Origin: Verrucomicrobiia bacterium
GTDB lineage: Bacteria > Verrucomicrobiota > Verrucomicrobiia > Palsa-1439
Length of the DNA: 63,502 bases
Assembly (NCBI GenBank): GCA_050013395.1
Contig: JBEKFI010000010.1
Location: 1-63,502 of the forward strand
Direction: 5' to 3'
Shown here piece by piece: positions 51,313 through 61,378 of this stretch (position 1 is its first letter; every line of letters begins with the position of its first letter). The translations under genes and the position numbers were made by a program. The notes below the pieces were generated by a model that was given only the letters and a program-made list of their open reading frames with translations, ran no database searches and was not told the origin of the DNA.

Positions 51313-51570
51313 ATGGCGAAAGCAGCGAAGGAAACAAAACGGTTGTGGCTGACATATCCAAAAAAAGTGATTCAACGACCTGTGATTTACGAGCTCGGGC
51401 ACAAATTCAAAGTGGTAACCAACATCCGACAGGCGAGCGTAACCAAAGACGTTGGCATTGTCTCGTTGGAACTTGAAGGTGAGCGCTCGGAAATCAAGAA
51501 AGCTATCAAATGGCTTGAGGGCGTCGGTGTCAAAGTCGAGCCCGTCGGGATCAACGTAATCGAAAGTTGA
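51313..51570 (+). CDS. NIL-domain small protein (MetO-like candidate)
   Basis: 85 aa, RLWLTYPKKVIQRPVIYELGHKFKVVTNIRQASVTKDVGIVSLELEGERSEIKKAIKWLEGVGVKVEP. This matches the NIL (MetN C-terminal-like) fold pattern. RBS AAAGGA. Confidence 0.7.
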   Translation: MAKAAKETKRLWLTYPKKVIQRPVIYELGHKFKVVTNIRQASVTKDVGIVSLELEGERSEIKKAIKWLEGVGVKVEPVGINVIES

Positions 51571-51582
51571 CACGCTGCGCGT

Positions 51583-51660
51583 GTCACCCTGACCCCGCTG
51601 AAGCGTGGAAAGGGTTTAGCCCCAAACAAGCGAGATTCTTCGCTTCGCTCAGAATGACAG
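51583..51660. repeat. REP/MITE-like repeat, family 2, with inverted ends
   Basis: GTCACCCTGA...CTTCGCTTCGCTCAGAATGACAG. The ends GTCACCCTGA and TCAGAATGAC are imperfect inverted repeats. Confidence 0.6.
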
Positions 51661-51682
51661 ACTCGGGAAAGAGAATAATCTT

Positions 51683-52483
51683 ATGGATCACCTGGACAAA
51701 CTGGAGAACCAAAGCATCTTCATCATCCGCGAGGCGTTCAATAAGATCGAGCGGCTGGCGATGCTCTGGAGCGTCGGCAAAGACTCAATGACGCTGGTGT
51801 GGCTGGCGCGCAAGGCGTTCTTTGGCCGCGTGCCAATCCCTTGTGTCTTCATGGAGACGAGTTTCGACATGCCCGAACTGATCGAACTCCGCGGCCGCCT
51901 CACCCGCGAGTGGAATCTCAATCTCGTCATCGCCCGCAACGACGAAGCACTCGCCCAAGGCATGAACCACACCCGCGGCCGCGTCGTCTGCTGCTCGGCG
52001 CTGTTGAAGGAGAACCTTAAGAAGATCGTCGAGCGCGAAAAATATGGCGGCCTCATCGTCGGCGTTCGCCGCGACGAAGATCCGACGCGCGCGAAAGAGC
52101 GTTACTTCTCGCCGCGCGACAAGCACATGGAATGGAACGTCGAAGACCAGCCGCCCGAGTTGTGGGATCAATTCAACACCGACCTCGCCGTCGGCACGCA
52201 TCTGCGCGTCCATCCGCTCTTGCACTGGACCGAGATGAACGTCTGGGAATACGCCGAGCGCGAGAAGATCCCGATGGTGCATCTGTATTTCGCCAAGAAC
52301 GGCAAACGCTGCCGCAGTCTTGGTTGCACGCCGTGCACCTTTGCCATCGACTCAAACGCCGACACGTTTGAAAAAGTCAGAGAGGAACTGCGCACCACCA
52401 AGAAAAGCGAGCGCAGCGTCCGCGCCCAGGACCAAGAGAGCGAAGACGCGTTCGAGAAGTTGAGGCGCGATGGATACATGTGA
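51683..52483 (+). CDS. cysD: Sulfate adenylyltransferase subunit 2
   Basis: MDHLDKLENQSIFIIREA, WSVGKDS (PP-loop), RRDEDPTRAKERYFSPRD and a C-terminal KLRRDGYM. Confidence 0.92.
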   Translation: MDHLDKLENQSIFIIREAFNKIERLAMLWSVGKDSMTLVWLARKAFFGRVPIPCVFMETSFDMPELIELRGRLTREWNLNLVIARNDEALAQGMNHTRGRVVCCSALLKENLKKIVEREKYGGLIVGVRRDEDPTRAKERYFSPRDKHMEWNVEDQPPELWDQFNTDLAVGTHLRVHPLLHWTEMNVWEYAEREKIPMVHLYFAKNGKRCRSLGCTPCTFAIDSNADTFEKVREELRTTKKSERSVRAQDQESEDAFEKLRRDGYM

Positions 52484-52556
52484 GTGAGAGTTAAATCACC
52501 AAGAGCACGAAGCCCACGAAGTCTTCGTGTTCTTCGTGAGCTTTGTGGTGAATTTC

Positions 52557-54437
52557 ATGCAGCAGACAGCACAGCCAAGCGAACAACTGAAGATCGTCAT
52601 CGTCGGCCATGTCGATCACGGCAAGTCCACATTTGTCGGCCGATTATTTCACGACACGGGTTCATTGCCCGACGGCAAATACGAAAAGATCAAGGCCGCG
52701 TGCGAGCGGCGCGGTGTCCCGTTCGAGTGGGCGTTTCTGACGGACGGCCTGCAGGTTGAGCGCGATCAAAACATCACCATCGACACCGCGCAAATCTGGT
52801 TTCGCACGCCGAAACGCCAATACGTGATCATCGACGCGCCGGGTCACAAGGAATTCCTGAAAAACATGGTCACGGGCGCGGCCAACGCCGAAGCCGCCTT
52901 GCTCCTCATCGACGCCACGGAAGGCGTGCAAGAGCAATCGCGTCGCCACGGCTATCTGTTGCACCTGCTCGGCATCGACCAGATCGCTGTGCTCGTCAAC
53001 AAGATGGACTTGAAGGGATACAGCGACAAGGTCTTCAAGAGCATTGAGAAACAATATCGCGAATTTCTCGGTCAGCTCGGCGTCGTTCCAAAGCTGTTCA
53101 TTCCGATCTCCGCCAAACTCGGCGACAACATCGCGACGAAATCGGCCAATATGCCGTGGTATTCAGGGCGAACAGTCCTTCAGGCGCTCGATGATTTGCA
53201 GATCGCGGAGAAGCCGCACAACCTTCCGCTGCGATTTCCGATCCAGGACGTCTACCGTTTCGACGAACGGCGCATTCTGGCTGGCCGCATCGAGTCAGGC
53301 ACGTTGCGGGTCGGCGACAGGCTGGTTTTCTCGCCGCGCAACAAAACCAGCACCGTCAAAAGCATCGAGTGCCGGAACGCGCCGCCGCGAACCGAAGCCA
53401 ACACCGGCGAATCGATCGGAATCACGCTTACCGAACAGATCTTCGTCAATCGCGGGCAGGTCGCCTCGCACGAACAGGACGCGCCGGTGGAAACCGACGT
53501 GTTCAACGCGAAACTGTTCTGGCTGGGGCGGCAGAACCTGGAAGTCGGGCGCAATGTCAAGCTCAAGCTGACGACCGAGGAAATCGAGTGCCAGGTTCAG
53601 TCGATTGAAAAGATCATCGATGCTTCGACGTTGGCCGAGATCGACAGTTCCCAGCGCAACTACATCGCCCGTAACGACGTGGCCGAAGTAACCATTCGCA
53701 CGAAATCTCCCATTGCCTTCGATCGTTACGATCGCATTGTCCCAACAGGACGCTTCGTGATTGTCGATGGCAGGCAGGTGTGCGGCGGCGGCATCATCTC
53801 GAAAGGCGAATATCCCGACCGCCGCCAATTGTTGTCGGGCATCAAGAGCACGAACATTTTCTGGACGACCGGTAAAGTTACACGCGCCGAGCGCGAACGT
53901 CGCAATACGCACAAGGGCGCCGTGATCTGGCTCACGGGCTTGTCGGCTGCGGGCAAGTCCACCATCGCGACGGAGTTGGAGCGGGAGTTGTTCAGTATGG
54001 GCCTGCACACGTATGTGCTCGACGGCGACAACGTCCGCCACGGGTTGAGCGCCAACCTCGGGTTCTCGCCTGAAGACCGCACGGAGAACATCCGCCGCGT
54101 CAGCGAGGTGGCAAGGCTTTTTGCCGACGCGGGGGTGCTCGTCGTTACAGCATTTATTTCGCCCTATCGCGACGACCGGCGACTCGTGCGCGAGTTGCTG
54201 CAGGACGGGGAGTTCATCGAGGTATGGGTGAATGCGCCGCTGGAGGTGTGCGAGGCGCGCGACAACAAGGGCCTGTACAAGAAAGCGCGCGCCGGACAGA
54301 TTCAAAACTTCACGGGCGTATCCGCGCCGTACGAACCGCCTGAGAAAGCTGAGATCGTCGTGCACACGGATCGTCAGACCGTGAAGGAATCCGTCGCGCA
54401 GATCATTGATTTTCTGAAGATTTCGCATATTGCCTAG
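52557..54437 (+). CDS. cysNC: Bifunctional sulfate adenylyltransferase subunit 1 / adenylylsulfate kinase
   Basis: GTPase motifs [14 protein letters not shown] and NKMD. The C-terminal APS kinase has GLSAAGKST and [10 protein letters not shown]. Confidence 0.92.
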   Translation: MQQTAQPSEQLKIVIVGHVDHGKSTFVGRLFHDTGSLPDGKYEKIKAACERRGVPFEWAFLTDGLQVERDQNITIDTAQIWFRTPKRQYVIIDAPGHKEFLKNMVTGAANAEAALLLIDATEGVQEQSRRHGYLLHLLGIDQIAVLVNKMDLKGYSDKVFKSIEKQYREFLGQLGVVPKLFIPISAKLGDNIATKSANMPWYSGRTVLQALDDLQIAEKPHNLPLRFPIQDVYRFDERRILAGRIESGTLRVGDRLVFSPRNKTSTVKSIECRNAPPRTEANTGESIGITLTEQIFVNRGQVASHEQDAPVETDVFNAKLFWLGRQNLEVGRNVKLKLTTEEIECQVQSIEKIIDASTLAEIDSSQRNYIARNDVAEVTIRTKSPIAFDRYDRIVPTGRFVIVDGRQVCGGGIISKGEYPDRRQLLSGIKSTNIFWTTGKVTRAERERRNTHKGAVIWLTGLSAAGKSTIATELERELFSMGLHTYVLDGDNVRHGLSANLGFSPEDRTENIRRVSEVARLFADAGVLVVTAFISPYRDDRRLVRELLQDGEFIEVWVNAPLEVCEARDNKGLYKKARAGQIQNFTGVSAPYEPPEKAEIVVHTDRQTVKESVAQIIDFLKISHIA

Positions 54438-54501
54438 GATTACTCGATTTAAAACCTTGCCAGCGCGCCTGATTGCGTTACAGTAGGCGCGCGAGGAGAT
54501 C

Positions 54502-54972
54502 ATGACCGAAGTCACCCCGAAAACGACCGAGGCATTGCGTCCGCCGCTGGTGAAGCAGTTTTCCGTCTTCCTCGAAAACAAAGTCGGAGCACTCCTCAAT
54601 CTGACACGCACACTTGGCGAGGCCAACGTGCACATTTGCGGCCTGTCGGTCGTGGACACGGCAGATTCCGCGGTGGTTCGGATGGTGGTGGACGACCCCG
54701 ATCAATGCCGCGAAGCACTGCACAAAGCGCGGGTGCCCGTGAATGAATGCAGCCTCGTCGTGGTGGAACTGCCGCGCGGCCCTGAAAAACTCGACAGCGT
54801 CCTGCAGCATCTCGTGGCTGCTGAAGTGAATGTGCAGTACACTTACTCGCTGATGGTGCGACCGCGCGACAAGGCGCTGCTGGCGCTGCACTGCGAAGAC
54901 TCTGAGTACGCGCGCGATGTTCTCACCAAGGCGGGGTTCGCGGTGATCAGCCAGAAGGACATTTCCCGCTGA
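54502..54972 (+). CDS. Tandem ACT-domain protein
   Basis: Two small-ligand-binding-like units of about 70 aa (QFSVFLENKVGALLNLTRTLGEANVHICGLSV.. and LVVVELPRGPEKLDSVLQHLVAAEVNVQY). Confidence 0.65.
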   Translation: MTEVTPKTTEALRPPLVKQFSVFLENKVGALLNLTRTLGEANVHICGLSVVDTADSAVVRMVVDDPDQCREALHKARVPVNECSLVVVELPRGPEKLDSVLQHLVAAEVNVQYTYSLMVRPRDKALLALHCEDSEYARDVLTKAGFAVISQKDISR

Positions 54973-55409
54973 TGGCCGCTGAAAAATCTTCGCCGACGGG
55001 TTTGGCCATCGTGGTCTGCGACCAGATCATCGACGACAAGTTCACCAACAAGAAATCGCTGATCGGCATTTTCAACAACATTGCTAGCACCAACTTTCCC
55101 TGCCACCACCCGCAGATAAGCGTCTTTGTTTCCCTGACCGAAGGGCGCGGCTCTTACACGGCGCGATTGCGCATCGTGAATGAGGAGACGGAAAAGGTCG
55201 TGGCAGACGTCAACGGCCAGATTGAGTTTCCCGACATTCACACCGTGGTGGAGCTGAATTTCAATCTCGTCGGGCTTGTTTTTCCGCAGCCCGGTTTGTA
55301 TTCAATCGAATTTTACTGCGACGATGCGCTCGTACTGGAGCGCCGATTCCACGTGACACAAATCGAACAACAAGCGCCGCCCAAAGGCCCTCCGCCCGAG
55401 GAGATGTAG
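54972..55409 (+). CDS. Hypothetical protein (beta-rich, Pro-rich tail)
   Basis: Its start overlaps the ACT gene stop. I am confident of no family assignment. Confidence 0.5.
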   Translation: MAAEKSSPTGLAIVVCDQIIDDKFTNKKSLIGIFNNIASTNFPCHHPQISVFVSLTEGRGSYTARLRIVNEETEKVVADVNGQIEFPDIHTVVELNFNLVGLVFPQPGLYSIEFYCDDALVLERRFHVTQIEQQAPPKGPPPEEM

Positions 55410-55650
55410 GGCAAGCTTCGCGCCGTCGCCAAAGCGCTATGGCGCGTCGGCGACCAGCTTGCCGCCGTTGGGGCAATGGATGACAGGCGGCCAGCCGGAT
55501 CGCCCATTGCGGTTTCGTCACTGACAGTAACTTCAGAGGCGAACATGATCAGTTCGTCAACACGGCGGCGAGCGTCGCCCTGCCGCTGCTGTGCGTCGCC
55601 ACTCGGCACCCCCTCTTTTCGTACCCGGAAGGGATGTGGTTTTGCCGTGA

Positions 55651-55695
55651 TGTAGCGATGAAGTGATTGATGCGCTTCGCTGAAGCGCAGCTACA
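55651..55695. repeat. REP-like palindrome, family 1 (short copy)
   Basis: TGTAGCGATGAAGTGATTGATGCGCTTCGCTGAAGCGCAGCTACA. Confidence 0.7.
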
Positions 55696-56005
55696 GTGTC
55701 TTCAACAGTTCCTCCAATTCCTCCCGCGGGCCGTCGTGGTGTTGGGCGACTGCGAGTTCATGGGCGTGTTCGAGGATCGGTTTGGCTTCGGCACCGCGGT
55801 CGGGAGCGATCAGCGATTTGCCGAGAAGAATGTGCACGACCATCCAGTCGTTCTTCTTTGCACAGAGAGGACGCAGATGCCGGCAGCGTTTACGTAAGCC
55901 GCCGGCATCGAAATACGCTTGCGCCAAGCTGTAACGAGCCAAATCGTTGTCGGGAAACTTTTGGAGGAGTTCCAACGCTTTGGCGATTCGGTCGTTGCTC
56001 ATCAC
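55691..56005 (-). CDS. Small TPR-like helical protein
   Basis: 104 aa, AKALELLQKFPDNDLARYSLAQAYFDAG...LLGKSLIAPDRGAEAKPILEHAHELA. The pattern is helical-repeat-like. Confidence 0.45.
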   Translation of the reverse strand: MMSNDRIAKALELLQKFPDNDLARYSLAQAYFDAGGLRKRCRHLRPLCAKKNDWMVVHILLGKSLIAPDRGAEAKPILEHAHELAVAQHHDGPREELEELLKTL

Positions 56006-56022
56006 GGTTCTTCTAGCTAGGC

Positions 56023-56736
56023 TTGCGTGCCGTGCAAAGCAGATTCTGCCAACCCGACGAGAATCGTGCGGAGAAGGTGCACGAGTTGTTTGCCACTATC
56101 GCGCGCCGCTACGATTTGCTCAATGACATCATGAGCGCTGCTCAGCATCGGCGCTGGAAGCGGCGGCTCATCGAGATGGCTGGCGAGCCGCGGGCCGTCC
56201 TCGACCTGTGCTGCGGCACGGGTGATCTGGCCTTGCACTTCCTGCGACGCGAGCCGCCGCCGCGCGCCGTCGGAGCGGATTTCACGATGGAAATGCTCCG
56301 CGTTGCGCGCACCCGCAACGGGAACGTCGGATGGATACAAGCCGATGCGTTGCGCTTACCACTTCCTGACAATTCGTTCGACGCAGTCAGCATCGGCTAC
56401 GGGTTGCGCAACCTCGCTGACATCGAAGCGGGCTTGCGCGAGATCCTACGGGTGCTGCGGCCCGGCGGGAAATTGTTGTCGCTTGATTTTGGCAAGCCCG
56501 AGTCGACGTTGTGGCGTAGTGTGTACTTCTGGTATTTGCGGGTTGTGCTGCCGCTGTTGGGCGGAATTTTTTGCGGCGACCCCGACACCCATGGTTACAT
56601 TCTGGCTTCGTTGCAGGAATATCCGGCGCAGCGGGGGATCAAATCGCTGATGGAATCGTGCGGCTACCGCGACTGCGGGTTCGAAGAGTTTGTCGGCGGC
56701 GCGATGGCGATAAATTTTGGAAGCAAACCGTGCTGA
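56023..56736 (+). CDS. ubiE: Demethylmenaquinone/ubiquinone methyltransferase
   Basis: FATIARRYDLLNDIMS, VLDLCCGTGD (SAM motif I) and LRPGGKLLSLDFGKP. TTG start in the track frame. Confidence 0.85.
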   Translation: MRAVQSRFCQPDENRAEKVHELFATIARRYDLLNDIMSAAQHRRWKRRLIEMAGEPRAVLDLCCGTGDLALHFLRREPPPRAVGADFTMEMLRVARTRNGNVGWIQADALRLPLPDNSFDAVSIGYGLRNLADIEAGLREILRVLRPGGKLLSLDFGKPESTLWRSVYFWYLRVVLPLLGGIFCGDPDTHGYILASLQEYPAQRGIKSLMESCGYRDCGFEEFVGGAMAINFGSKPC

Positions 56737-56768
56737 AATTGTGGTATGGTTTGCACGCCTGCCGGAAG

Positions 56769-56858
56769 CGGAGAGGTGGCAGAGTGGTCGAATGCGGCGG
56801 TCTTGAAAACCGTTGGACGCGCGAGCGTCCCGGGGGTTCGAATCCCTCCCTCTCCGCC
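56769..56858 (+). tRNA. tRNA-Ser (anticodon UGA)
   Basis: GGAGAGG acceptor stem pairs with CCTCTCC. Anticodon loop CTTGAAA, long variable arm, TPsiC arm GGGGGTTCGAATCCCTC, and an encoded CCA. Confidence 0.95.
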
Positions 56859-56973
56859 AGTTTCACTTTCATGGAGAAACTGGGGCGACGGTGACGAATC
56901 CAGTTTGGTTCGTGCCGAGGAAGAAGCCGACGCCGATGTTTCGCTTCTTGGCTCCTCACCCATTTACTTCTTG

Positions 56974-57207
56974 ATGTTCGCAACGAACACGGAATCTCTT
57001 TCTTGGCCGGGTATATCCCTTGCGACCGAGCGGAAGGGTGTAACTTTCATTCAGACCTACAAGTATCAAAGCGAAGATGTGCGCGCTATTCCGGCGATGC
57101 TTTTCAAGGCCTTCACGGATATTGATATGTACACACAATTCTTGGGTACAACGAACCTTGTGAAACCCGGAGAGTGGGCGATTTTCGTTTCCCCAAAACA
57201 GTTTTGA
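56974..57207 (+). CDS. Short ORF, possibly an SRPBCC/AHSA1-like fragment
   Basis: 77 aa in a low-GC stretch after tRNA-Ser. VRAIPAMLFKAFTDIDMYTQFLG resembles the N-terminal helix of SRPBCC proteins, but the ORF is only about half the domain length. Confidence 0.25.
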   Translation: MFATNTESLSWPGISLATERKGVTFIQTYKYQSEDVRAIPAMLFKAFTDIDMYTQFLGTTNLVKPGEWAIFVSPKQF

Positions 57208-57513
57208 CCTTTCTCCATTTTCATGATGGAGAATATCGGGGCAGGCTTCGCCCTGTAAAGGTGCAGAGAAACCCAAATTAGGGCACTGCCGGAAAAAGCT
57301 TTGACAGCGTGCACGCGTCTCTGCTAAGAATGCGGTGGCTTTAGGCTGTATGATATGGATTAGGTTTTGCAACTGGACCGTTCGAGATTGGGAGGATTTG
57401 AGTTGGATGTGTGAGTGACCGTGGTCGCCCGTGAGGGGGTGGCGCACGGTTTTTTTGTTTCCTGAAACAGAAGTAAGTCAGGCTGTGAGAGGCGTTGAGG
57501 AGGTGAGCAACAC

Positions 57514-57714
57514 ATGGCACGCGGTACGGTGAAGTGGTTCAACGAGAAGAAAGGGTACGGCTTCATCCAGCAGGAAGGCGGAGCGGATATTTTCGTCCAC
57601 TTTTCGGCCATCCTGGGTGACGGATTCAAGACGCTCGCCGAAGGCCAAGCGGTCGAGTTTGAGATCATCCAGGATGCCAAAGGAGCAAGAGCCCAGAACG
57701 TTCAGAGAGTGTAG
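57514..57714 (+). CDS. cspA: Cold-shock protein
   Basis: [33 protein letters not shown] (RNP1 and RNP2 motifs). 66 aa. Confidence 0.93.
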   Translation: MARGTVKWFNEKKGYGFIQQEGGADIFVHFSAILGDGFKTLAEGQAVEFEIIQDAKGARAQNVQRV

Positions 57715-58029
57715 CCTCATCGAAGTCGGCAACTGAGAGCTTGCGGCTAAGAACCGGGGTCGTTAGCCAGGACCGCTGGCAAAGCTTGCCCAGCGCACTT
57801 GTTTTTCCTCGTTCGGCTGAGGGAGAGGGCCATTCCGTTTTCGCTCGGCTCGTGTCCTGCTCCTGGCAAAAAAGATCAGAATCACTGGCGGATGGCCGTG
57901 AATATTGGGATTTGGCGCGACGAGAGACGAGGATTTCGCTAAAAAGTTGTTGCAATGACCTTCGGGAATGAGTATTTCTCTCCCCATTCCGCAGAAGGCG
58001 GTCGTACCGGAAGATTTTCTGCGGAGGCA

Positions 58030-58058
58030 TTGACAGGCGACGGAACTGGGAGTAAATA
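58030..58058 (+). promoter_or_regulatory. Candidate rrn promoter
   Basis: TTGACA, 17 nt spacer, TAAATA. It lies about 280 nt upstream of the 16S 5-prime end. Confidence 0.35.
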
Positions 58059-58334
58059 GACGCTGCTCGCGCGGGGAAGAAAGGATAGTTCTTTAGGAGT
58101 AACCAATTTTTGCTTGGCACGGCGCGGCTGTGCTGTCGTCGTGTCGGGTTTTTTGTCGTCCACGCGGGCGACAAGCGGTTCTTTGAAAATTGAATTGTGC
58201 GATACGTGAGAGCCCACGTTCGTTCCGATCACAAGTCGGAGCGAGCTTTGAGTAAAGTAAGTAGATCGATCGGTTAGCCCCGATCGGTCGGCTCAAAGTG
58301 AGATCGATCAGATCTTCGGGTCTGAGAGATTTTT

Positions 58335-59906
<1,572 letters not shown>

Positions 59907-60098
59907 CCTTGATCCGAGATTCTCGTAATCTCGGGTCGGATCCTAGGTCGAATCCCGCACTTTGCTTGCAAAGTGTGGGGAGCTTGATCGTATCGCACAC
60001 TTCAGTTTTCGAGGAACTGATGTTCTTTTCAAACGTGAAGTACTGGAAATAATGCCTTCTGGGGCATAGCCCAGACGGGAGTTTGGAGTGAACCTTTT

Positions 60099-60174
60099 GG
60101 GGCCGTAGCTCAGTTGGGAGAGCGCCTGGTTTGCAACCAGGAGGTCACGAGTTCAAACCTCGTCGGCTCCACCA
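60099..60174 (+). tRNA. tRNA-Ala (anticodon UGC)
   Basis: Acceptor stem GGGGCCG/CGGCTCC with G3:U70, anticodon loop TTTGCAA, and an encoded CCA. Confidence 0.97.
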
Positions 60175-60194
60175 ACCGGCCACGCACTCCGCTG

Positions 60195-60271
60195 GGGCGC
60201 GTAGCTCAGTTGGTTAGAGCATGCGCTTGATAAGCGCAGGGTCATAGGTTCGAATCCTATCGCGCCCACCA
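60195..60271 (+). tRNA. tRNA-Ile (anticodon GAU)
   Basis: Acceptor stem GGGCGCG/CGCGCCC, anticodon loop TTGATAA, and an encoded CCA. Confidence 0.97.
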
Positions 60272-60288
60272 GTTCTTTGCGGGAAGGC

Positions 60289-60381
60289 GTTAAAAATGTT
60301 AAAATCGTTACAACCGTTAGAAGCTCGGCGAGAGCTACGGTTGGAGTTTTAACAATTTTAACCTCTTTAACGGTTTTAACG
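60289..60381. repeat. Inverted pair of four 9-nt AT-rich tandem repeats in the tRNA-Ile/23S spacer
   Basis: Left arm: GTTAAAAAT GTTAAAATC GTTACAACC GTTAGAAGC (60289-60324). Right arm: GTTTTAACA ATTTTAACC TCTTTAACG GTTTTAACG (60346-60381). The arms are about 70% complementary. Confidence 0.7.
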
Positions 60382-60988
60382 ATTTCCTCGACGCTTTGCG
60401 TCGCGGATGTTCTTTGACAATTGCATACAGTGTAGTGGGTAAAACTACAACAATGCTGAGAATATTCGGTCTGGAACTCCGAAAGGAGAACCGGACGGAT
60501 AGTTTGTGATCAAGCTACTAAGAGCGCAGGGCGGATGCCTTGGCGACAAGAGGCGAAGAAGGACGTAGTAAGTTGCGAAAAGCCACGGGGAGCGGCAAAC
60601 ACGCTTTGATCCGTGGATGTCCGAATGGGGGAACCCATCCATAGTAATATCTGGATACAGTGGTCTGAATTCAATAGGACCATATGAGCCATACCCGGTG
60701 AAGTGAAACATCTCAGTAACCGGAGGAATAGAAAGAGCACATCGATTCCCTGAGTAGTGGCGAGCGAAACGGGAACAGCCTAAACCTCGACACTTGTGTC
60801 GGGGGGTTGCGGGACCGCGGTGTGGTACGCAGAGAGTTAGCAGAAGGCTTTGGAAACAGCCCCCAAAGAGTGTGAGAGGCACGTAAGCAAAAACTCAAAG
60901 CGGCCTAGCGGTATCCCAAGTAAGACGGCACACGTGAAACGTTGTCTGAATCCGCGCCGACCACGGCGTAAGGCTAAATACTCCTTGT

Positions 60989-61047
<59 letters not shown>

Positions 61048-61086
61048 CAAAAGAACCTGAAACCCTGTGCTTACAATGTGTCATAG

Positions 61087-61378
61087 CCCAGCCCTTTCTG
61101 GGGCTACAAACGAAAACTATGCATTAGGTGTATGTGCTGAAGAAGCCAAAGAGCGACGCTCTCTATTACGGGTATACGTCGGATCTCCGACGCCGACTGC
61201 GAGAGCACCAAGCATCCGAGCATCGGGGATGGGACTTGGTGTACTACGAAGCCTACCGTGATGAGTGTGACGCTCGCGGGCGTGAACAGATGCAGAAGCA
61301 TTATGGTTCAGCGCGTGGAAAGCTCAAAGCGCGTCTCAGAAGCATAGTTTGAAGGTTGAAGACTTAGAAAGGGCTGGG
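61087..61378 (+). other. Intervening sequence (IVS) replacing the helix-25 tip of 23S rRNA
   Basis: Flanked by CTGAAACCCTGTGCTTACAATGTGTCATAG and TGATGGCCTGCCTTTTGCATAATGAG, which align to E. coli positions around 510-580. Closed by the perfect inverted repeat CCCAGCCCTTT / AAAGGGCTGGG plus an extended inner stem. Confidence 0.8.
61128..61352 (+). CDS. Small GIY-YIG nuclease-family protein encoded inside the 23S IVS
   Basis: The 74-aa protein is MYVLKKPKSDALYYGYTSDLRRRLREHQASEHRGWDLVYYEAYRDECDARGREQMQKHYGSARGKLKARL. This follows the Y-x-L / Y-x-G-x-T / R-R-x-x-E-H / V-Y-x-E / RE-x-x-x-K order of COG2827-type GIY-YIG proteins. GTG start. Confidence 0.65.
   Translation: MYVLKKPKSDALYYGYTSDLRRRLREHQASEHRGWDLVYYEAYRDECDARGREQMQKHYGSARGKLKARLRSIV

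Noticed and set aside
56859-57900. Integrated-element boundary (att repeat) downstream of tRNA-Ser
   Set aside because: I searched by eye for a direct repeat of the tRNA 3-prime end (GGTTCGAATCCCTCCCTCTCCGCCA). Only an unrelated CT-rich stretch near 57815 was seen, and no integrase gene is present.
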